The notes under the pieces are model-generated. The model was not told the origin of the DNA and made no database searches. It saw only the letters and a program-made list of their open reading frames with translations. The translations under genes and the position numbers were made by a program. DNA of 64,000 nt from Candidatus Aminicenantes bacterium. Its GTDB lineage: Bacteria; Acidobacteriota; Aminicenantia; Aminicenantales; JAFGBC01. Below, piece by piece: positions 30,307 through 38,878 of the stretch. The stretch lies in NCBI GenBank assembly GCA_963702005.1, contig OY969696.1:2880001-2944000 (forward strand). Direction: 5' to 3'. The first letter of the stretch is position 1; each line of letters starts with the position of its first letter.

Positions 30307-31620
30307 ATGACTAAGACGATCCGGATTGAAATGATCGCCGTCGGCAGCGAACTCCTCTCTCCCTACTACCAGGACACGAACTCCCTCCATCTGACCCAGC
30401 GCCTGAACGAGCTCGGCCTCGATGTCGTCCGCAAGACGATCGTCGGAGACGAAGAAGCGTCCCTCGTCCGCTGCTTCCGGGAGGCGCTCAAGCGGGCCGA
30501 CTTTATCTTCGCCATGGGCGGCTTGGGGCCGACCGAAGACGATCGGACGCGGGAAGCCTGGGCCCGGGTCCTGGGCCGGACGCTCGTCTTCCAGCCTAAG
30601 ATCTTCGATCAGATCCGAAGGCGCTTCAGGCGGCGCGGGTTGACCCCGCCCGCCTCGAACCGCAAGCAGGCCTTCATCCCCAAAGGCGCCCGGATTCTGC
30701 CCAACAAAAACGGGACGGCGCCCGGCCTCTGGATCGAGGAAGCCGGACGGAAGATCGTCCTCCTCCCCGGCCCGCCCGCCGAGCTGAAGCCCATGTTCCA
30801 GGACTTTGTCTGGCCCCGTCTCCAGAGACTCCGCCGGGGTCATTACGTCCGCCGCGTCCTCAAGCTGACCGGCCTGGGCGAGTCCGTCCTCGAATCCGAG
30901 ATCGCCGACCTCTATCCTAAGGACGACACTCTCTCGGTCACGACCCTGGCCATCCCGGGCCAGCTCGAGATCCATATCTACGGCCTGACGACCCGGAGCC
31001 GGCCCGCCCTCCTCCGCAAGGCGCGCCGGCTCGAGAAAGCGATCGCGGACAGGCTGGGCGACTTCGTCTTCTCGTCGAACGGCGAGAACCTCGAAGAGGT
31101 CGTGGCCGGACTGCTCAAGGGGAGGCGCAAAACGCTGGCCGCCGCCGAATCCTGCACGGGCGGTCTCCTCTCCCACCGACTGACCAACGTCCCGGGGAGC
31201 TCCGAGTATTTCCTGGAGGGCGTCATCGCCTACAGCAACGACGCCAAGACGGCCCGGCTCGGGGTTCCGCCCGCCCTTATCCAGCAGTACGGCGCGGTCA
31301 GCGCCCACGTCGCCAGGGCGATGGCCGAGGGCATCCGGCACCGCTCCCGATCTCACTTTGGACTCGCCGTCACCGGGATCGCCGGACCGGCCGGCGGAAC
31401 CCCTCCCAAGCCGGTCGGCCTCGTCTACACGGCCCTGGCCTGGGATAACGGGACCCAAATCGAGAAGAACCTCTTTTGGGGCCCGCGTGAATCCATCAAG
31501 TTCCAATCGACCCAGAAAGCCCTCGACATGCTGCGGCGGCATCTCCTCCTGGCCGGAAAGAAGCCGGCCGTCCGCGCCCGCCGCCCCAAGGGAAGAAGGC
31601 TAAAAGGACAAAAGATATGA
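30307..31620 (+). CDS. cinA: Competence/damage-inducible protein A (MoCF-like + PncC domains)
   Basis: VGSELL, GGLGPTEDDRT, PGPPAE, AESCTGG, GAVS, TGIAGP. Confidence 0.93.
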   Translation: MTKTIRIEMIAVGSELLSPYYQDTNSLHLTQRLNELGLDVVRKTIVGDEEASLVRCFREALKRADFIFAMGGLGPTEDDRTREAWARVLGRTLVFQPKIFDQIRRRFRRRGLTPPASNRKQAFIPKGARILPNKNGTAPGLWIEEAGRKIVLLPGPPAELKPMFQDFVWPRLQRLRRGHYVRRVLKLTGLGESVLESEIADLYPKDDTLSVTTLAIPGQLEIHIYGLTTRSRPALLRKARRLEKAIADRLGDFVFSSNGENLEEVVAGLLKGRRKTLAAAESCTGGLLSHRLTNVPGSSEYFLEGVIAYSNDAKTARLGVPPALIQQYGAVSAHVARAMAEGIRHRSRSHFGLAVTGIAGPAGGTPPKPVGLVYTALAWDNGTQIEKNLFWGPRESIKFQSTQKALDMLRRHLLLAGKKPAVRARRPKGRRLKGQKI

Positions 31621-32174
31621 GGACATTCATCGCCATCGACCTCGATCCCGCCCTTAAGGAAAGGGTCGCCCTTCTCGTCCAAAAATTAAGCCGCGCCAAT
31701 CCCAACGTCAAGTGGATCGGCTCCGACTCGATGCATTTGACCCTCAAGTTTCTGGGCGAAACGAGCGATGCCCAGGTCGAAGACGTCAAAACGACGCTCC
31801 AAGCCGTCGTCGGCCGGTATCATCCCTTCGAGCTGGGGCTCAAGGGCACCGGAAGCTTCCCGCCCGGAAGCCGTAACCCCCGCGTCCTGTGGGCGGGCTT
31901 CGAGCCCCGCGAGGAGCTCAACGCCCTCCAGGCCGACATCGAGGAGGAGCTGGCCCGGAAGGGCTTCCCCAAGGAGGACCGGCCCTTCCATCCCCATCTG
32001 ACGCTGGGGCGGGTCAAATCGAGCCAGGACATCCAGAAGACCCTCCGCGAACTCGAGGGCTGGAAGGAATTCGAATTCGGCTTCATGGGCGCCAAGACGG
32101 TGACCTTCTTCGAGAGCACGCTCACCCCCGAAGGCGCCCGTTACACCATTCTCGGGGAATACCCGCTCGCTTGA
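31617..32174 (+). CDS. thpR: RNA 2',3'-cyclic phosphodiesterase (2H family)
   Basis: MRTFIAI, HLTLKFLG and HLTLGR (two HxT motifs). Confidence 0.92.
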   Translation: MRTFIAIDLDPALKERVALLVQKLSRANPNVKWIGSDSMHLTLKFLGETSDAQVEDVKTTLQAVVGRYHPFELGLKGTGSFPPGSRNPRVLWAGFEPREELNALQADIEEELARKGFPKEDRPFHPHLTLGRVKSSQDIQKTLRELEGWKEFEFGFMGAKTVTFFESTLTPEGARYTILGEYPLA

Positions 32175-32178
32175 CGAG

Positions 32179-32784
32179 ATGAAAATCGCCTTCGCCCTCT
32201 GCTGCTACCTTCTGGGCGCCGTCCCGACCGGCTACCTTCTGTTCCGCCTCCGCGTCCGCAGCGACATCCGGCGATTCGGAAGCGGCAACACGGGCGCCAC
32301 GAACGTCCTCCGTCTCGAGGGCTGGAAGGCGGCCCTGCCCGTCGCCCTGGCCGATGTCCTCAAGGGCATCCTTCCTCCCCTGCTCGCCCTCCGGCTCTTC
32401 CAGGACGGCCGGCTCGCGCTCATCGCCTCGTTCCTGGCCGTGGTCGGCCACTGCTTCCCGGTTTACATCAAGTTCCGGGGCGGCAAGGGCGTGGCGACCA
32501 CGATCGGCGTCCTCCTCGTCCTCGGCTGGTGGCAGCCGGCCGCGATCGCGCTGGCCGTGTTCGCCGGGACGATCGCCGCAACCCGATACGTTTCCCTCGG
32601 ATCGCTCTTGGCCGCGCTCTCGATCCCGATCTCGGCGTTTCTCCTGAAACACGACGTCGAGTTCGCCGTCTGGGGAGTCGCCGTATTCGCCCTGATCGCG
32701 CTCTGTCACCGGGCTAACATCGTGCGGATCATCCGCGGCCGGGAGCGCAAGTTCGGCCGCCGCGAGGAGGCCCACCCCGCATGA
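32179..32784 (+). CDS. plsY: Glycerol-3-phosphate acyltransferase
   Basis: GSGNTGATN, GHCFPV, FRGGKGVAT, YVSLGS, HRANI. Confidence 0.93.
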   Translation: MKIAFALCCYLLGAVPTGYLLFRLRVRSDIRRFGSGNTGATNVLRLEGWKAALPVALADVLKGILPPLLALRLFQDGRLALIASFLAVVGHCFPVYIKFRGGKGVATTIGVLLVLGWWQPAAIALAVFAGTIAATRYVSLGSLLAALSIPISAFLLKHDVEFAVWGVAVFALIALCHRANIVRIIRGRERKFGRREEAHPA

Positions 32785-33815
32785 AGTCCTGCGTCGTCGG
32801 CGGCGGAAGCTGGGGGTCGGCCTTCGCCCTCCACTTGGGCCGGATGGGGATCCCGACCCAGCTCTGGGTCCGGGAGGAAGAGATCCGGCACGAGCTCAGC
32901 GAGCGCGGAACGAACAGTCTGTTCCTCCCCGGCTTCGTCTTTCCGCCCCAAGTCACCTTCTTCAACGAGATCGCGGCCGCCCTGGAAGGATGCGAGATCG
33001 TCTTCGTGGCCGTGCCCTCCCAGTACTTCCGAAGCGTCTTCACCCTGATGGCTGCTCACTTAGGCCCCGCGCGGGGAATCGTGAGCCTGACCAAGGGCAT
33101 CGAGGAGGGGACCCAGAAGCGGATGTCGGAGATCGTGGAGGAAATCCTGACGCCGGCCGGCCGGAGTCCGGTCGCCGCCCTGTCGGGCCCGAGCTTCGCC
33201 CGCGAAGTGGCCCAGGGCCAAGCGACGGCCGTCGTGGCCGCCTCCGAGGACGGCCCGTTCGCACGGACCGTTCAGCACCTCGTCTCGAACCTCAACCTTC
33301 GCGTCTACACCTCGCCCGATATCCGGGGCGTCGAGCTGGCTGGCGCCGTCAAGAACGTCATCGCCATCGCGGCCGGCATCTCGGACGGCCTGGCGGCGGG
33401 CCACAACTCCTCGGCCGCCCTGATCACGCGGGGGATCCACGAAATGACCCGGCTCGGATTGCGGATGGGCGCCCGGCCCGAGACGTTCGCGGGGCTGGCC
33501 GGGATCGGCGACCTCATCCTGACCTGCACGGGCGCCCTCAGCCGCAACCACTACGTCGGGTTCGAGCTGGGCCGCGGACGCAGCCTGGAGGCGGTCAGGT
33601 CCGGAATGACCATGATCGCCGAGGGGATTGTCACGACGCTCTCCGTCCACGAGCTGTCCGAGCGCCTCCGGGTCGAAATGCCCATCTGCGGACAGATCTA
33701 CGAAGTCCTCTACCGCGGGAAGCCGCCCCAGCGGGTTCTCAGCGATTTCATGTCCCGCTCCCTCAAGAGCGAGCACGGGGACGTCTTCGGCCCGGACGCC
33801 GAAGAAAAGGAGTGA
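32781..33815 (+). CDS. gpsA: NAD(P)H-dependent glycerol-3-phosphate dehydrogenase
   Basis: GGGSWG, TKGIE, SGPSFA, KNVIAIAAG, GLAGIGDL, SRN. Confidence 0.94.
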   Translation: MKSCVVGGGSWGSAFALHLGRMGIPTQLWVREEEIRHELSERGTNSLFLPGFVFPPQVTFFNEIAAALEGCEIVFVAVPSQYFRSVFTLMAAHLGPARGIVSLTKGIEEGTQKRMSEIVEEILTPAGRSPVAALSGPSFAREVAQGQATAVVAASEDGPFARTVQHLVSNLNLRVYTSPDIRGVELAGAVKNVIAIAAGISDGLAAGHNSSAALITRGIHEMTRLGLRMGARPETFAGLAGIGDLILTCTGALSRNHYVGFELGRGRSLEAVRSGMTMIAEGIVTTLSVHELSERLRVEMPICGQIYEVLYRGKPPQRVLSDFMSRSLKSEHGDVFGPDAEEKE

Positions 33816-34586
33816 ATGATGAGTTCCATGAAACCCAAGGCCCTCGTCCTTCTCCTGGCCTGCCTGCCTCTCGCCCTGTGCGCCTCGCCCCAGAAGAGGC
33901 TGGAACGGACTCGCGAGAAAGATCCCAAGTACCAGTACAATCTGGGCTCCTTTTATCTCAACAACAATGACATCGACCAGGCCATCCACGCCTTCAACCG
34001 GGCCATCGAGCTCGATTCGCGCCTCCATCTCGCCTACAACGGACTCGGGCTGGCCTACTCGATGAAGGGGAATCTGGCCGAGGCGGCCAAGGCTTTCGAA
34101 AAATGCCTCGAGGTCAGCCCTCAGTTCACGGAAGCGCGGAACAACCTGGGGATGACCTACCAGGAGATGGGCTATCTCGACAAGGCCGAGGATCAGTACA
34201 AGAAGGCCGTCGCCGACCTCGCCTATCAAACCCGGGAGATGCCCTACTACAACCTGGCGCGTCTCTACCTGGGCAAGGGCCTGAATGAAGCGGCCCTGGA
34301 GACGGACCAGAAGGCCCTTCTGGCCAACGCCAACATGGTCCTGGCCTACAACTTGAAGGGGATGATCCTGGAGAAGATGGACAGGCTCCCCGAAGCGATC
34401 ACGGCCTATGAGGTCGCGGCCCGCAAGGTCCCGGACGAGGTCACCTTCGGCTACAACCTGGCCGTCGCCTGCTTCAAGAACAACGAGCGGGATAAGGCGC
34501 GGGAGGCGTTCGAGAGGATTCTGCCCAAGATCACCGACACGGCCATGCGCGACCGGGTCAACCAGTACCTCGAGCTCTTAAAATAG
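33816..34586 (+). CDS. TPR-repeat lipoprotein (PilF/PilW-like)
   Basis: Lipobox-like LALC, multiple TPRs (AYNGLG, ARNNLG, YYNLA). Confidence 0.8.
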   Translation: MMSSMKPKALVLLLACLPLALCASPQKRLERTREKDPKYQYNLGSFYLNNNDIDQAIHAFNRAIELDSRLHLAYNGLGLAYSMKGNLAEAAKAFEKCLEVSPQFTEARNNLGMTYQEMGYLDKAEDQYKKAVADLAYQTREMPYYNLARLYLGKGLNEAALETDQKALLANANMVLAYNLKGMILEKMDRLPEAITAYEVAARKVPDEVTFGYNLAVACFKNNERDKAREAFERILPKITDTAMRDRVNQYLELLK

Positions 34587-34619
34587 CCGAAGAAATAAGA
34601 AATAGGAAGGAGGTTCGAC

Positions 34620-35984
34620 ATGAAGTCCGAGATGTGGAGTCGACGAGCTTTTCTGCGCATGTGCGGGGCTTTGGGGACGGCCGCCTATTCGGCGACGTCC
34701 GGCGGCCTCGAGCGCGTCCTGGCCGCTTCCCAGACGGTCGCGGACCGAACGCCCGAGGAGGTGGCCGGTGACGAGTTCTACTGGAGGGAGATCCAACTCG
34801 CCTTCAAGCTGGACCGCACCTTGATCAACCTCAACAACGGTTTCACCGCCCCGGCCCCGCGGGTCGTGCTCGAGTCCGAGTTCCGGTACATGGAAATGAT
34901 CAACATGTTGCCCGTGCACTATCAGGGAATGGTCGCCAAGAACGTCGAGACGATCCGCCTGCGCATGGCCAAGGAGTTCGGCTGCGACCCCGAAGAGCTG
35001 GCCCTGACGCGCGGCGCCAGCGAGTCTCTGCAGATCGCCCAGAACGGGATCGACCTCAAGGCGGGCGACGAGGTCGTCACCACCGAGCAGGATTACCCCC
35101 GCATGCTGACGACCTGGGACCAGCGCGTGCGGCGCGAGGGGATCAAGGTCACACGGCTTCAGTTCCCGGTGCCGACGACCCAGGATGACCTCTACCAGCG
35201 GTTCGAGAAAGCCATCTCGCCGCGGACGAAAGTCTTCCATTTCTGCCACGTCACCAATCTAACGGCCCAGATGTTCCCGGTGGCGCGGCTGTCCCGCCTG
35301 GCCCGCTCCAAGGGGATCGTCACGATCGTGGACGGCGCCCACGCGCTGGGGCAGTTCCCGTTTAAGCTGAGGGACCTCGAGTGCGACGCCTACGGCGTCA
35401 GCCTACACAAGTGGCTGCTGGCTCCAATCGGTAACGGCTGCCTGTACATGCGTCGGGAGATGATCCCGAAATTCTGGCCTCTGCAGGCGGCCCCTGAACA
35501 GCAGGACAACGACATCCGCAAGTTCGAGTCCATCGGCACGCACCCCTGGGCCATCCGGGCGGCGCTGGGCGAAGCCCTGGCCTTCCACCAAGCCATCGGC
35601 GGCGAGCGCAAGGCGGCCCGTCTGCGCTACCTGACCCTCCGCTGGGCCAACGCCCTCAAGAAATATCCGCAGATTAAGATCCTGACGAACCTAAGCGATC
35701 CCCCGCAGGCCTGGGCCGTTGCCGCGGTCAACATCGAAGGTACCGACGTCAGGGATCTGGCCAGGTTCCTGATGGACAAGTACCGCATTATCGCCGTCCC
35801 GCTCGTCGGAGGCGCCCCGCCCAACCAGGTCTTCGATTATCAGGCTCTCCGGGTATCGCCGAACGTTTACACGACGCTCGAGGAGATCGACACGTTCGTC
35901 ATGGCCATGGAAGACGCTCTCAAGAACGGCGTCCCGTCCAACGATTCTCCGGCCGAAGCCGGCTGGTCGCTGGGCGGCGATTAG
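34620..35984 (+). CDS. Tat-exported class V PLP enzyme (isopenicillin-N epimerase-like)
   Basis: SRRAFL Tat motif; INLNNG, VDGAH, SLHKWLLAP.G. Confidence 0.85.
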   Translation: MKSEMWSRRAFLRMCGALGTAAYSATSGGLERVLAASQTVADRTPEEVAGDEFYWREIQLAFKLDRTLINLNNGFTAPAPRVVLESEFRYMEMINMLPVHYQGMVAKNVETIRLRMAKEFGCDPEELALTRGASESLQIAQNGIDLKAGDEVVTTEQDYPRMLTTWDQRVRREGIKVTRLQFPVPTTQDDLYQRFEKAISPRTKVFHFCHVTNLTAQMFPVARLSRLARSKGIVTIVDGAHALGQFPFKLRDLECDAYGVSLHKWLLAPIGNGCLYMRREMIPKFWPLQAAPEQQDNDIRKFESIGTHPWAIRAALGEALAFHQAIGGERKAARLRYLTLRWANALKKYPQIKILTNLSDPPQAWAVAAVNIEGTDVRDLARFLMDKYRIIAVPLVGGAPPNQVFDYQALRVSPNVYTTLEEIDTFVMAMEDALKNGVPSNDSPAEAGWSLGGD

Positions 35985-36015
35985 GCGGAGACGTTGGCTT
36001 AAAGGGAGGAGTCCC

Positions 36016-36441
36016 ATGAAACGTTTTGTCGCATTGACCGTCATGACTCTTGTCGTCGTCTTCTTTGCTGGCGCCGCTATGGCCTATGCCCAGGCCTCTT
36101 TTAAGATTCCGTTCAAGTTCGAAGCCGGCGGCAAGAAGTTTCCGCCGGGCGAATACCGGGTGGCCCAGAAGGAAGACGGACAGATCGCCCTTCGGCAGGA
36201 ATCGACCGGCCTGGAAGTCCAGGTCCCCTTCACCCAGAAGCTGGCCCAACCGAACCCGCCCATCGAGGAGCCCCAGCTTATCTTCCATGTCGTGGGAAAC
36301 TTTGAGCCGTCCTACACGGAATACTTTACGGTCTATCTATTGGCGGAAGTCTGGCTGCCCGGGGAGGACGGCCTCCTGGTGCACACGACGAAAGGAGCGC
36401 ACCAGACCCAGATCGTCAAAGGCGAGGCGGCGAAAAAATAA
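36016..36441 (+). CDS. Small secreted hypothetical protein
   Basis: GGAG RBS, signal peptide, IPFKFEAGGKKFPPGEYRV motif. Confidence 0.75.
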   Translation: MKRFVALTVMTLVVVFFAGAAMAYAQASFKIPFKFEAGGKKFPPGEYRVAQKEDGQIALRQESTGLEVQVPFTQKLAQPNPPIEEPQLIFHVVGNFEPSYTEYFTVYLLAEVWLPGEDGLLVHTTKGAHQTQIVKGEAAKK

Positions 36442-36453
36442 AATAGGGACGGA

Positions 36454-38502
36454 TTACCGCTCCCAAGCAAAAGGAGTTTTGAGCCTCTCTTCGACCCACG
36501 CCTTGTTGATCCGTAGGTTGTATTGGTCGTGCTGCAAGGTCCAGTCCGGGTCCGGGTTTAATCCTAGCGCCTCTTTAAAATGTGAAACCGCCGCCGCCCG
36601 ATTCCCGAGAAGATCCTGGATATTCCCCATCCAGATGAGGGCATTGAAGACGTCTCTCTTCTGCGAAGCCAGCTCTCGGCTTTTTTTGAAAGCCTCACAG
36701 GCTTCGGCGTAATAGCGGCCGTCGAAGAGGAGCATCCCGAGTTTAAACCAGGCACGGGGCGTTTTTATCCCCGTCGTTTCGGGGCGGCGGAGAAAATCGA
36801 GCGCGGCCTCCCCCGTGCCGGTCCATTCGAGGGCATCGATCGATTCTTCGATTTCAGCTGCAGTCCTGGGTACGGATTCCCGGACGAGCCCTAAGCGGTG
36901 TTCCGGGTCGAGGATAACCTCTTTAAGCGGAGCGCGGCTCCGGAAGCGAAGGACCGCGGCCCGGGAAAGCCTGTCCGTGGCCGCGGCCTGGCTCGAACCG
37001 TCCTTAAAGACCGCCTTGACCGGCACCGGCATGCGCACGGAATCCAGGCCGTACTCGACGCGGACCTCGCTCAGGTAGCCTCCCTCGGCTGGGGTCGAGG
37101 ACTGAGACGCGACCCGGCATTCGAGGATTTTATTGGACCTGGCCCAGTCGTCGAAGAACCAGCCGAGATTCTCCCCGGTCGCTCCCTCGCAGAGAGCCCG
37201 GAAATCGCGCCAGCCGATGCGTTTGCCGGTATACTCCCGGACGGCCCTCCGATAGATCTCGCCGAACCTTTCCCTGCCCAAGACGGTTTCGAGGGCGCTC
37301 AGCACGGTAAATCCCTTGCCATGAATAAGGATGTTGTTCCGGTCGAACCTCTGGGCTTTAACAAGCGAGGGCGGGGCGTCCATCGTCGTATCGTTCCTGG
37401 CCTTCACGCCCTGGAGGTAGCCGTCGATGAAGCCCTGATACCGGTCCCAGCCGAGACCGCGGGCCTGCAGGTATTCCTTATCGGCCTCGATCCCCATGCC
37501 GATCATGAACCAGGCTTCCGTGAAATCGCCCAAGACGTCCCCGGACATGATCGACTCGCCCCAGTACTGGTGGCCGATCTCGTGGGCCGTGATCCATTTC
37601 CACCAGGCGGCCTCGGCCTCGCCCTTGTTCGGGTCATAGGTTTCTTGGCCGTGGATGACGACGATTCCCGAAGCGTACGGATAGCCTCCCCACGGCTGGG
37701 GCCCTCCCGGTATGATGCACAGGGACCGATGGGGATAGCCGCCCAGCCACGATTTATAGAACGGGATGATGTCGGCCGCCGCTTTCAGACAGAGGAGGGC
37801 GCAGTCCCTCCCCTTTTCGGTGAACAGGGCCCTGATCGTCACCCCGCCCGCCTCGGCCTCCTCGGCTTTGAGCTCGTTCGACAGAAAGACGCCGAAGTAT
37901 GTTGTTACGAAGTCGTTTTCGTAATATCCGGTCGTGGGGTCGAACCGGCCGCTCACGGCGGCCTGATAGCCTTGGGGAATGTCCAGCTTGACCTTGAACG
38001 AGTCGCGGACCGGAAGGCCTTCCCACCACAGCCGGGGATACCAGCTCTTGAGGTGAATCTGGCCGTCATGGACGCCGGCCTTGGCGGTAAACTTCACTTC
38101 GAGACGAACGGTTTCGCCCGGCCTGACCGGCTTCGGCAGCTCCATCAAGAGCGGCGTCGTCATCGGCATGCTTTTTTCGGAATTTAGAATCTTGAGCGGC
38201 TCCCCTTTGATGCTTGCCTCGAAGGGCTGCGACGGTCCGAGCGTCCATTCGAAAGCCAGGACGGAAATCGGCCGGCTCGCCGTGTTGGCGAGAGCGATCG
38301 CGCCAGCTGTATCGACGGTCGCCGTTTCTCCGCTGATCCTGATTTTCGCGGCGAGAACGTACGAGGCCCCGGGCGGATCCTTCGGCATCCAATAGCCGGG
38401 GGTTTCGATGGAATCCTTGGCCGGGGAACCGTAGGATGCCCCGATTATGCATGTCGTAAGATAAAAAAACGCTAAGGGACGAACTGCTTTGAGCTTAAGC
38501 AT
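36454..38502 (-). CDS. M1-family (gluzincin) aminopeptidase-like protein with C-terminal TPR
   Basis: AHEIGHQYWG (HExxH); TPR-like C-terminus; N-terminal signal. Confidence 0.78.
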   Translation of the reverse strand: MLKLKAVRPLAFFYLTTCIIGASYGSPAKDSIETPGYWMPKDPPGASYVLAAKIRISGETATVDTAGAIALANTASRPISVLAFEWTLGPSQPFEASIKGEPLKILNSEKSMPMTTPLLMELPKPVRPGETVRLEVKFTAKAGVHDGQIHLKSWYPRLWWEGLPVRDSFKVKLDIPQGYQAAVSGRFDPTTGYYENDFVTTYFGVFLSNELKAEEAEAGGVTIRALFTEKGRDCALLCLKAAADIIPFYKSWLGGYPHRSLCIIPGGPQPWGGYPYASGIVVIHGQETYDPNKGEAEAAWWKWITAHEIGHQYWGESIMSGDVLGDFTEAWFMIGMGIEADKEYLQARGLGWDRYQGFIDGYLQGVKARNDTTMDAPPSLVKAQRFDRNNILIHGKGFTVLSALETVLGRERFGEIYRRAVREYTGKRIGWRDFRALCEGATGENLGWFFDDWARSNKILECRVASQSSTPAEGGYLSEVRVEYGLDSVRMPVPVKAVFKDGSSQAAATDRLSRAAVLRFRSRAPLKEVILDPEHRLGLVRESVPRTAAEIEESIDALEWTGTGEAALDFLRRPETTGIKTPRAWFKLGMLLFDGRYYAEACEAFKKSRELASQKRDVFNALIWMGNIQDLLGNRAAAVSHFKEALGLNPDPDWTLQHDQYNLRINKAWVEERLKTPFAWER

Positions 38503-38651
38503 TGGCTGACCTCTCTATGAATATTATAACGCGCGATCGTCGACGGGCGAAAGAAACAGATTTGTTTTAGTCGGCGAGGCGGCGGTCGACTCATGCTCCC
38601 AGGCGCCATAACCAGGATTCCAGCACACGCGATCCGGGCGAACCGCCAAGC

Positions 38652-38684
38652 CCCTTCCGGTCTCGGCTGGAAGGGCCTTTTTTT
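38652..38684 (+). terminator. Intrinsic terminator-like hairpin in the divergent intergenic region
   Basis: CCCTTCCGGT-CTCG-GCTGGAAGGG stem followed by CC and T7. Confidence 0.6.
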
Positions 38685-38759
38685 CTTCCGCCCTCCGTTT
38701 GATTTTAAAAAGGAGAGTGCTTAGAATGAGTGAGAATGAGAGACGGAGGAAATGCGATA

Positions 38760-38868
38760 AAGAGAGAGGAGGCCCTGGCCCAGTTCGAGGGTTTATCTCA
38801 AGGCCGACGCCGACTCTGAGCGGGCCGCCCAAGTCAAGGGATTCGTTGAATTCCTCAAGAAGAAATAG
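38760..38868 (+). pseudogene. Orphan 3' end of a TPR-protein gene
   Basis: KREEALAQFE/(frameshift)/YLKADADSERAAQVKGFVEFLKKK* with host-like codon usage. Confidence 0.5.
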
Positions 38869-38878
38869 CGGAAGACGG

